Shown here: in pieces, positions 56,950-64,000 of the stretch
Numbering within the stretch: the stretch's first letter is position 1
How the letters are laid out: each line of letters begins with the position of its first letter
Origin: Actinomycetes bacterium
GTDB lineage: Bacteria; Actinomycetota; JAICYB01
DNA length: 64,000 nt
NCBI GenBank assembly: GCA_025934435.1
Contig: JAICYB010000005.1
Location: forward strand, 12,596 to 76,595
Reading direction: 5' to 3'
Position numbers and translations under genes: made by a program
Notes under the pieces: generated by a model
The model's database searches: none
Seen by the model: the letters and a program-made list of their open reading frames with translations, nothing else
What the model was told of the DNA's origin: nothing

Positions 56950-57819
56950 TCAGGCCCCCATCAGCGCACGGACGTCGGAGCGTTCGTAGAAGTTCCACCA
57001 CGCGCCGTCCGTGCCGAGCACCCGCTCCGCGAGCCGCTCGAACATCTCCGGCTCGTACATCGGGGAGCGGTTCCGGCTCGCGAGCGATCGGTCGAGCTCG
57101 TTCGCCCGCGGAACGGCGGCGGCGAGCGCTTTGCCGCCCGTGGAGACGATGTCCTCGTAGCGGATGACGGAGGCGTCGGGGAGATTGTCGTGGTAGGAGC
57201 GGAAGAACCAGTCGAGGATCGTGATCTGGCGATCGACGACGTCCTCGGTTGCCGCGAGCGTTCGTTCGAGCTTCTTGTCCATCCGTTCGGCGCGCCAGAT
57301 GTGGCCCTTGTTGGCCGGGTGCGCGACGGTGTTCCACGACGCGATGATCGAGAGCGGATTGCGCACGATCGCGAAGCACGGATACCGCGTCTTCAACGCG
57401 GGGAGCATGACCGTGAATCCCGCGAGCTCCTTCACCGCGAGGACGAAGTCCGCGGACAGCGGTTTGTCGATCTTCATGATGGAGCGCTCGTCGCGTGATT
57501 CCCGGAGGCCGGACGCACCGAGCTCGTCGGGGAACTTCCCGCCCGTGACCTCGCCGCCGACGTTGAGTGACAACGCGCCGTGCCCGGCGAGGATCGACTC
57601 GCGACTCTCACGGTAGAAACGATCGACTTTCGCGAGAAACGTCGCCGTCTGGCGCCGTCGGTCGATCACGCGAGGCCGGCGGAGCGGTCCGGGGAACATG
57701 GAGCGGTCGAGCGGCTCATCGAGCGCGACGGTGTCCGGCACCTCGTTCAGCAGCTCACACGAGAGCGTCGTCCCCGAACGCGGCGGACCCACGAGCACGA
57801 CGTCATTGCGGTGCGGCAT
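56950..57819 (-). CDS. Sulfotransferase-like P-loop protein (paralog A)
   Basis: VLVGPPRSGTTL (5'-PSB-like) and AIVRNPLSIIASW (3'-PB-like). Paralog of 59859-60734. Confidence 0.65.
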   Translation of the reverse strand: MPHRNDVVLVGPPRSGTTLSCELLNEVPDTVALDEPLDRSMFPGPLRRPRVIDRRRQTATFLAKVDRFYRESRESILAGHGALSLNVGGEVTGGKFPDELGASGLRESRDERSIMKIDKPLSADFVLAVKELAGFTVMLPALKTRYPCFAIVRNPLSIIASWNTVAHPANKGHIWRAERMDKKLERTLAATEDVVDRQITILDWFFRSYHDNLPDASVIRYEDIVSTGGKALAAAVPRANELDRSLASRNRSPMYEPEMFERLAERVLGTDGAWWNFYERSDVRALMGA

Positions 57820-57829
57820 GGACGGCAGT

Positions 57830-58823
57830 CTAGAACCGCCCCGGCGACCGGTCGGAGGCGCCCGTCAGCCGTCTCGCGAGCGCGAGGCCGCGACGGCCGA
57901 GGACGGACGCACCGACGGCTCGCACGAACGGCCCCGTCCATTGCGCGCGCGTGATGGGCGAGGCGAGCAACGTGACGGGCGCGATGCGCATCCCGAGGAA
58001 CGATCGCGTCGCATCGCGAGGACGACCCGCTATCCACGCCGACCGCGCGTCGCGGAAGTGCGACTTGGCGACCAGGATCCGTTCGCCGACGGCACGTTCG
58101 TCATCGGGAAGTGCGTCGAGGTGACGGCGCGTGATGTCCTCGTGCCGCTCCATCGCCGGGCCCGCGGGACGCCACTGTCCGGGATGGATGCGGTGGTAGA
58201 GCGCGACGTCGGGGACGAACAGCGCCGGGCCGCTCCGTGCGATGCGCAGCCAGAGATCGCGATCCTCGCCGGCGACGAGTCCTTGCTGGAATCCGCCGGC
58301 GCTCGTCACCCGTTCGCTCCGGAACAGCACGCGTCCGGTCTGCGCGACCCATCCCCAAACGGCATCCGTCCATACGTCGCGCTTCAACTTCCGTCTGGGA
58401 TGGGACCGTGCGTTCCGCGCCCCGCGCGGGGGAGCGATGTCCCGTCCCTCATCGTCGATGTACGCGATGTTGCCGACGGCCGCGACCGCATCCGTGCTCG
58501 ACCGCAAGGCCGCAACGAGGACGGCGAGGGCGCGAGGTGTGAGGCGGTCGTCGTCGTCGAGGAACAGCACGAACGGCTCCTGCGCCTCCGCGAGACCACG
58601 GTTCCTCGCCGCGGAACGCTCGCCGTGCTCTTCGAGCCGGATTCCGGACACGCGATCTCCGAGATAGCGCTGGACGATGCTCGGTGTCTCGTCCTCCGAT
58701 GCGTCGTCGATGATCACGAGACGCCAGTCGGTGAAGGTCTGGGCGAGCACCGAAGCGATCGCCTCCTCGAGGTAGCGCGCGCGGTTCCGCGTCGGGATGA
58801 CGACGGCGACCGTGCTACCCACG
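57830..58823 (-). CDS. Family 2 glycosyltransferase
   Basis: GTG at 58823 (9-nt overlap with the upstream gene). VAVVIPTRNRARYLEEAIASVLAQTF, IIDDASED, FLDDDD. Confidence 0.8.
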
Positions 58824-59858
58824 CGGCGCTTCGATCCGTTCGCGATCGAGCGGGACGGGTTCGCGTGTCGCACGCATCGCGCGGATGAGCGCGACGGACG
58901 ACACACGCCGGGCTCGCTTCGTTTCCCGCCGCTTCGCCGGAAGCCGCTTCAACGCGTCGAGTCCGGCGGCAGCCGCCGACCAGATCGTGACTTCGCGCCA
59001 TGCGCCCTTCGCCTTGAATCGCGTGTCCGCTCGTGACGCTTCGCGTCCGGGCGTGAATCCGGCGAGCCGCGCCGGCACCCACCACAAGACGCGTAACGCT
59101 TTACCTCCGATCCAGACCGCGAGCGCGAGCGGCGGAAGATTCTTGCCTGCGCACCAGATCCTGTTACGGACACCCATGAGCGTGAGTTCGCGCGAGATCT
59201 CATAGGACGCACCGCGCTTGTGATACACGATCGCGTCCGCGACAAGTAGCCCGCGGTGTCCGGCGGCGTTCGCGCGCAGATCGAAGTCGACGTCTTCGTG
59301 CGTGAAGAAGAACTCTGCGTCGAAGACGCCGATGTCGTCGAAGATCTCGCGCCGGTAGATCGACGCCGCGGCGCACGCGCCGAAGATCCACGCCGGCTCG
59401 TCGTACCGGTCGTTCGGCTGTTCTTCGCCGACGTTGTCGCCGGCTCCGAGCCAGATCGAATACGAGTGCCCGACGGAGTCGATCTTGTCCGGCGTGTGGA
59501 GACGCAACAGCTTGGACGAACCGAATGTGAACTCCGGACGCGCATCCATGCCGCCGACGAGGCGTTCGAGCCACGTCGGCATGGCCCTCGTGTCGTTGTT
59601 GAGCAGAACGACGTACGGGGAGGACGAACCGAGGATGCCGGCGTTCACCGCCGCCGGGAACCCCAGGTTTCCCGGAAGTTCGATGATGCGAACGTCCGGC
59701 CATGAGGTTTGCAGGTACGAGATCGACTCGTCCGTTGACGCGTTGTCGACGACGATGACCTCGAAGTCGCGATACGTCTGGTCACGGAGCGCGACCAGGC
59801 ACTCTTCGAGGTGCTTCATCCCGTTCCAGTTCGGGATGACGATGCTCACGCGAGGCAT
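58815..59858 (-). CDS. Family 2 glycosyltransferase
   Basis: VSIVIPNWNGMKHLEECLVALRDQTY, VVDNASTD, LLNNDT, FFTHEDVDFDLR. Confidence 0.85.
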   Translation of the reverse strand: MPRVSIVIPNWNGMKHLEECLVALRDQTYRDFEVIVVDNASTDESISYLQTSWPDVRIIELPGNLGFPAAVNAGILGSSSPYVVLLNNDTRAMPTWLERLVGGMDARPEFTFGSSKLLRLHTPDKIDSVGHSYSIWLGAGDNVGEEQPNDRYDEPAWIFGACAAASIYRREIFDDIGVFDAEFFFTHEDVDFDLRANAAGHRGLLVADAIVYHKRGASYEISRELTLMGVRNRIWCAGKNLPPLALAVWIGGKALRVLWWVPARLAGFTPGREASRADTRFKAKGAWREVTIWSAAAAGLDALKRLPAKRRETKRARRVSSVALIRAMRATREPVPLDRERIEAPRG

Positions 59859-60734
59859 TCAGGCGCCTCCGTTCATGATGTGTTCGACACTCTCGCGTGT
59901 GTAGTAATGCCACCAGGGGCCGTCATCGTCGAGCAACCGGCGACCGAGCGAACGCATCTTGTCCGCGTCGTACACACCGGAGATGTTGCGGCTCTCGAGA
60001 GGTGCTGCGAGCGCGCTGGCGCCTTTGGCGATGACGGTGAGGGCGCGGCCGCCGGAAGAGATGATGTCCTCGTAGCGGATCACGGCATCGTCCGGCAGGT
60101 GCGTGCGGAACGCGTCGAAGAACCACCGCAGGATGACGAACTGCCTGTCGACGGTGTCGGCCGTCGCTTCGAGTTGCTTCTGCAGATCCAGGTCGATCTG
60201 TTCGCCGCGCGGGATGTGTCCGTCGCTGACGGGGACCGAAACGGTCTGCCACGAGCTCAGCGTCGACAGAGGATTACGGACGATCGCGTACGTCGGGAAC
60301 CGCTTCGCCAGGGCGCCGACCATCGCCGTGAAGCCCGCGTTGTGCTTGCACGCCAGGATGAAGTCCGGCGAGAGCGGTTTGTCCACCGGCATGAACGAAC
60401 GCCGTGTGACCTCCTCGCGCAGACCGGAGTCGCCGGCGGCGTCGGGGAACTTGCTTCCGGTGACGCGTCCGCCGTAGTTGAGCGTCAGGGCGCCGCGGCC
60501 GGCGGCGATCGAGGAACGCGTGTCGTCGAGGAACTTCGCGATGGCGTCGCAGAAGGCGTCGTCCGAGATCGCCGGACGGCGCAGCGCGCGCGCCAGGCGC
60601 GACCGGTCGTGGACGGGCCAGAGCTCGTTCGGCAGTGGTTCGTCCAGCGCGACGGTGTCGTCCGCTTCGTTCAAGAGCTCGCACGCGAGCGTGGTTCCGG
60701 ATCGCGGCGGCCCGGTCAGCAGAACGTCAGGCAT
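59859..60734 (-). CDS. Sulfotransferase-like P-loop protein (paralog B)
   Basis: LLTGPPRSGTTL, AIVRNPLSTLSSW. Roughly half of the aligned residues are identical to paralog A, by eye. Confidence 0.65.
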   Translation of the reverse strand: MPDVLLTGPPRSGTTLACELLNEADDTVALDEPLPNELWPVHDRSRLARALRRPAISDDAFCDAIAKFLDDTRSSIAAGRGALTLNYGGRVTGSKFPDAAGDSGLREEVTRRSFMPVDKPLSPDFILACKHNAGFTAMVGALAKRFPTYAIVRNPLSTLSSWQTVSVPVSDGHIPRGEQIDLDLQKQLEATADTVDRQFVILRWFFDAFRTHLPDDAVIRYEDIISSGGRALTVIAKGASALAAPLESRNISGVYDADKMRSLGRRLLDDDGPWWHYYTRESVEHIMNGGA

Positions 60735-61710
60735 ACAGGTCGTCGACCTTCTCGAGGACGTCGAGGAACCGCCGGCGCTCCGACGCGAGGCTCAGGTCGC
60801 GCACGGTCCGAAACCCGGCGTCGATGAGCGCCGAGTGTTCCGCCGACAGAGCGGCGATCGTCGCGGCGGCGATGGCTTCGACGGTGTACGCGGGACGGAA
60901 CGCGTTGACGGCGTCGCGTGAATAGGAGTTCCCGATGTGTTCGGGACAGATCGCGATGCTCCCCGACGCCATCGCTTCGAGCGGCGGCAGGTACGCGCCC
61001 TCGGTCGCGTTCGGCAGACACACCGTGACCTTCGCCCGGCGAAGCAGACGGACGAAGTCGTCCCGGCGAACGGGCTCGGTGAGCAACGTGCGGCGGTAGT
61101 CGGGAAGGGCCGCGTCGATGCTTCGTCCGATCTCGGGCTGCTTGATCGCGACGATCAGGACGTCGATGTCGCGCTCGACGTCGTCGGTGAAACACTCGAG
61201 GTCCGTCGCGATCTGGATCGTGAGCAGCGGACCGTTCGCCTTGCCCGTCGCGCGTAGCGCTTCTTCGATCGCCGGGTCGCCGCAGATGCGGACGGCGCGG
61301 TTCGTGAGGAACGAGTAGAGCTCTTCGTTCGGGTCCGCGTGCCGAACGTGTTGCACGAGGTTGATGACGGGGATCGGCGAGCGACGCGCGTCTGGGACCA
61401 CCGTCCAGTCCATCCCGGCGACGAACAACACTCCCGGTTCGATGGGACGTGATCCGACGTCGACGAGTGACGAACGGCGCCAGGGGTTCGTCCCGTCGAA
61501 GACCGAATCCGGCGTGAATCGGATGACCGGGACGAACTCGGACGACGACGCGACGTGCTCGAAGTAGTCCCACACCTTGAGATGTCCACCGGAGAACAGG
61601 TGGAAATCCCGGAAGAACTGCACGACGCGGCCTCGGTCCAGATCTTTGTCGCGCGGCGCGAGCGTCGTCCCGACGCGGCGGCGCTTGAGACGTCGCATCG
61701 AAGTCAACAT
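60727..61710 (-). CDS. Glycosyltransferase, GT-B/GT4-like
   Basis: ATG at 61710 after GAGGG. E-x7-E motif EGAYLPPLEAMASG. The remainder of the 570-aa track ORF is out-of-frame overlap with the next gene. Confidence 0.6.
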   Translation of the reverse strand: MLTSMRRLKRRRVGTTLAPRDKDLDRGRVVQFFRDFHLFSGGHLKVWDYFEHVASSSEFVPVIRFTPDSVFDGTNPWRRSSLVDVGSRPIEPGVLFVAGMDWTVVPDARRSPIPVINLVQHVRHADPNEELYSFLTNRAVRICGDPAIEEALRATGKANGPLLTIQIATDLECFTDDVERDIDVLIVAIKQPEIGRSIDAALPDYRRTLLTEPVRRDDFVRLLRRAKVTVCLPNATEGAYLPPLEAMASGSIAICPEHIGNSYSRDAVNAFRPAYTVEAIAAATIAALSAEHSALIDAGFRTVRDLSLASERRRFLDVLEKVDDLYA

Positions 61711-61717
61711 ACCGCCC

Positions 61718-62479
61718 TCATCCGTCCCAACCGATGTCGTTGCCCAGCAGCGTGCTGAGCGCCGCGTTGTACGGCGCGAAATGCGCGCGGAGGCCGGCGC
61801 GGGTGCCCGGTTCCATCTCGTCGGCGTACCCGCCGAGGTTGCGGTGCGCGAACTCCGATGGACGGAACGGTTCCAGGCCGAGGAACGAGACGACGCGATC
61901 GAACGTCCCGCCCGTGTCTTCGAAGAGATCCTCGGCGCGCACGACGAGGAACCGTTCGCGGTCGCCGATCGTCGCGAACCAGTGCTCGAGTTGCTCGGAG
62001 TAACGTCCCCGCGCGACGTAGGACTGATGCTGGTACGCGAAGCTCTGATACGCGGGATCGCGAAGCTTCTCGGCCTCACCTTCGAGACGCGACGGTTCGG
62101 CGTCGATGGCTTGCTCGAAGCTGAGCGGTTCGGTCCCCAGCCTCCGCTCGTGGTGGTAATGCGAGAACGCGCGCTCGATCGGATCGCGGAGCAGGACGAT
62201 GAACCTCGCTTCCGGAAGGATGTCGCGGACGCGCTCCGCAACAGCCGGATGGAACATGTAGTACGGCGACGCTTCGCCGGTGATCTTGCCCATCGCGCGC
62301 ATGCGGCCGGGGAAGTAGTCGCGGTACCAGCCGAGCGGCTCGGTGAAGTTGAGGTCGAAGTAGTGCACCTCCTTGCGTTTCGCCGTGACGACCTTCGGGT
62401 GGGCGACGAGGTAGTCGTAGAGCGAAGTGGTGCCGGCACGTTGTGCGCCGATGATCACGAACGCAGGAAGTTGTCCCAC
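61718..62479 (-). CDS. Sulfotransferase (canonical PAPS-binding motifs)
   Basis: GTG at 62479. FVIIGAQRAGTTSL (5'-PSB), IVLLRDPIERAFSHY (3'-PB). Confidence 0.8.
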   Translation of the reverse strand: MGQLPAFVIIGAQRAGTTSLYDYLVAHPKVVTAKRKEVHYFDLNFTEPLGWYRDYFPGRMRAMGKITGEASPYYMFHPAVAERVRDILPEARFIVLLRDPIERAFSHYHHERRLGTEPLSFEQAIDAEPSRLEGEAEKLRDPAYQSFAYQHQSYVARGRYSEQLEHWFATIGDRERFLVVRAEDLFEDTGGTFDRVVSFLGLEPFRPSEFAHRNLGGYADEMEPGTRAGLRAHFAPYNAALSTLLGNDIGWDG

Positions 62480-62481
62480 GA

Positions 62482-63402
62482 TCAGAGGACGTAGCCGAGG
62501 GAGCCGAGATCGATGCCGATGAGATCGGACGTGACGCGGTTGGCTTCGGCGAAGCGGTCGCCGAAGGACGCGTCCACCGCCGCTCGCCACTGTGTCTCGA
62601 CGCGGCGCGAGACCGAACGCGGCATCAGCCGGTCGAGGTAACGCTCGATCCGGACGCGGCCCTGCACGAGCCGTTCGTTCCGGCGCGGACCTTGCAGGCG
62701 CGTCGTGATCCCGAGGTTCCGGAGGAAGATGTTCAGCACGCGGACGACGACGAGCGTCCCGGCGGACAGCCCGACGTTCTCCGCTCCGCGCGCGACCTTC
62801 GCGGAAGGTTCGCGGCCAGTGAAGGCGGCGATACGTCCCGCGAAGTCGACCGGATCCTTCAGCAGCTCGAAAGGCAGCACGAGGACGCGGTCTTCGCCGA
62901 AGAGCTTCCGGTAGTACGCGATCAAGGGGTGGTACTCGAGCACACCCAGGACCGACGGGAATTCGCGACGTGTTGTGCGGTATCGCAGGAAGTCTTCGAG
63001 CGACTCGGTGTTCGCACCGACCCCCGTGACCTGCCGGTAGAGCGAGAGCATCATCGATCGTTGCTCGCGGATGCCGATCAGCACTCGCCCGTCCGGGAAC
63101 GTCTCGGCGAGGCGCTCGGCGATGAGCCGGCTGTCGGCGCCGCCTCGCAGCGGATCACCCGACAGACGTTCGTGCGAGACGACGAGCGTCGTGCCGTTCG
63201 ACTGCGCTCGCGCACCGAACGGTTCCACCGCCGCGCGCGCGGAGGCGGGATCGAACTTGAAAGGATCCGCGAGGACGAACGTGTCCTCGATCAGCTCGAG
63301 CGGCCATACGCGTGTGAACCCCGCTGCTTCGTCGGCGAAGATGCCCTGCTGCAGCCACGTCGTGCCGGTCTTGTGGTAGCCGATGTGGATCAGCGTGTTC
63401 AT
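62482..63402 (-). CDS. Sulfotransferase-like protein (divergent)
   Basis: ATG at 63402. IHIGYHKTGTTWLQ (5'-PSB-like), LIGIREQRSMMLSLY (3'-PB-like). Confidence 0.55.
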   Translation of the reverse strand: MNTLIHIGYHKTGTTWLQQGIFADEAAGFTRVWPLELIEDTFVLADPFKFDPASARAAVEPFGARAQSNGTTLVVSHERLSGDPLRGGADSRLIAERLAETFPDGRVLIGIREQRSMMLSLYRQVTGVGANTESLEDFLRYRTTRREFPSVLGVLEYHPLIAYYRKLFGEDRVLVLPFELLKDPVDFAGRIAAFTGREPSAKVARGAENVGLSAGTLVVVRVLNIFLRNLGITTRLQGPRRNERLVQGRVRIERYLDRLMPRSVSRRVETQWRAAVDASFGDRFAEANRVTSDLIGIDLGSLGYVL

Positions 63403-63406
63403 AGCC

Positions 63407-64000
63407 TCAATACAACAGGTCCTGGAGCGCGCTGAGGGCGCCCGCCGAGAACCGGCGATAGTTGCCGGCGCGGTACTCACGAACGACCGTCGACAAACGC
63501 TTCGCTCGCCCGTCGGGAAGCGTCCCTCTCGCGCGCGCGTGCTCCTCGCGTTCCGCGAGCTCGCGGAGCAGCGCATCGGCACCCCCGTACAGCCGGCCAC
63601 CCGTGCTCTCGACGTACGACTTCGCGCCGCTCTCGTAGCGGTCGATGATCGTGCGATAGCGGTCGGCGTCGGCTCGGCGGCGCTGGCGATGCACATCGAC
63701 GCGTCCCGGACGAAGCGCCAGGCCGACGCGTACCTTGAGCCGTCCGGGTGGCGGGCCGCTCGGGACCCCGATCTCCTGCGACGGATGCACGCGGTATCGC
63801 ATCAGCGGTTCGTCGATCACCCGGTAGCTGCGGACGAAGCTCGCCATCAGCGCGATCCATGCGTCGTGGATCCAACCCGCCGGGATCGGGAGGATGAACG
63901 AGCGAAGGTCGGCGCGCATCGCGAGCGTCGAACCGGTCACGAAGGTGTGCGGGACGAGCAGGGGAGTGATGTCGCCGCGCGACGCGCGGTCGCGAGCTTC
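63407..64000 (-). CDS. Glycosyltransferase (GT2-like C-terminal part); N-terminal end lies beyond the right edge
   Basis: The frame stays open to position 64000. ...VTGSTLAMRADL...GWIHDAWIALMAS...YRVHPSQ is typical of the region after the GT2 catalytic core. Confidence 0.55.
   Translation of the reverse strand, partial: EARDRASRGDITPLLVPHTFVTGSTLAMRADLRSFILPIPAGWIHDAWIALMASFVRSYRVIDEPLMRYRVHPSQEIGVPSGPPPGRLKVRVGLALRPGRVDVHRQRRRADADRYRTIIDRYESGAKSYVESTGGRLYGGADALLRELAEREEHARARGTLPDGRAKRLSTVVREYRAGNYRRFSAGALSALQDLLY

Noticed and set aside
60727-62439. 570-aa ORF spanning two genes of the GT/ST cluster
   Set aside because: Its N-terminal 243 codons overlap the canonical sulfotransferase (61718-62479) out of frame and are Ser/Arg/Thr-rich. 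A good ribosome-binding site plus ATG at 61710 starts the recognisable GT4-like part.
1-64000. Prophage, plasmid, rRNA, toxin-antitoxin or known anti-phage defence loci
   Set aside because: I recognised no capsid, terminase, portal, relaxase or rRNA signatures and no paired small toxin/antitoxin ORFs. The zeta-like P-loop protein and the AbiEi-like N-terminus of the DUF559 protein lack the partner genes expected for such systems.

Overview
High-GC window (about two-thirds G+C by eye, not computed), probably a chromosomal segment of an actinobacterium. That placement is inferred from the leuB / FAH-family / gltX / tRNA-Gln gene order, the many F420/LLM/Ddn-type enzymes and the DinB-family proteins. 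I see no rRNA, CRISPR array, integrase, transposase or phage genes.

Layout:
- 1-5488 (minus strand): a three-gene operon of a DinB-ankyrin fusion, a DinB protein and a very large tandemly duplicated UvrA-like ATPase. The UvrA-like gene is missing from the supplied ORF track because it runs off the left edge.
- 5580-11340 (plus strand): a tightly coupled leuB-ilvE-cimA-FAH-gltX operon, preceded by a possible Val/Ile leader peptide and a terminator hairpin.
- 11.3-12.5 kb: a DUF559 (Vsr-like) gene bracketed by two copies of a double-hairpin repeat.
- 17.0-21.0 kb: tRNA-Gln followed by lower-GC genes and several degenerate copies of the tRNA 3' end. This looks like the scar of old integrations.
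- 12.5-56.9 kb: a long accessory stretch of detoxification, redox and regulatory genes. It holds 4 DinB, 4 VOC, several NTF2/SnoaL, 3 LLM plus Ddn plus PNPOx, a sulfatase, a BVMO, ABC/MFS exporters, TetR regulators, a STAND regulator, a class III cyclase and an ECF sigma factor.
- 56950-64000+ (minus strand): an eight-gene, translationally coupled cluster that alternates glycosyltransferases with four sulfotransferase-like proteins. This is the most interesting candidate in the window, a possible pathway for a heavily sulfated glycoconjugate.

Many long Arg/Ala/Pro-rich ORFs in the track are antisense or out-of-frame shadows typical of high-GC DNA, and I rejected them. All functional calls come from motif recognition by eye. 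No database search was possible.
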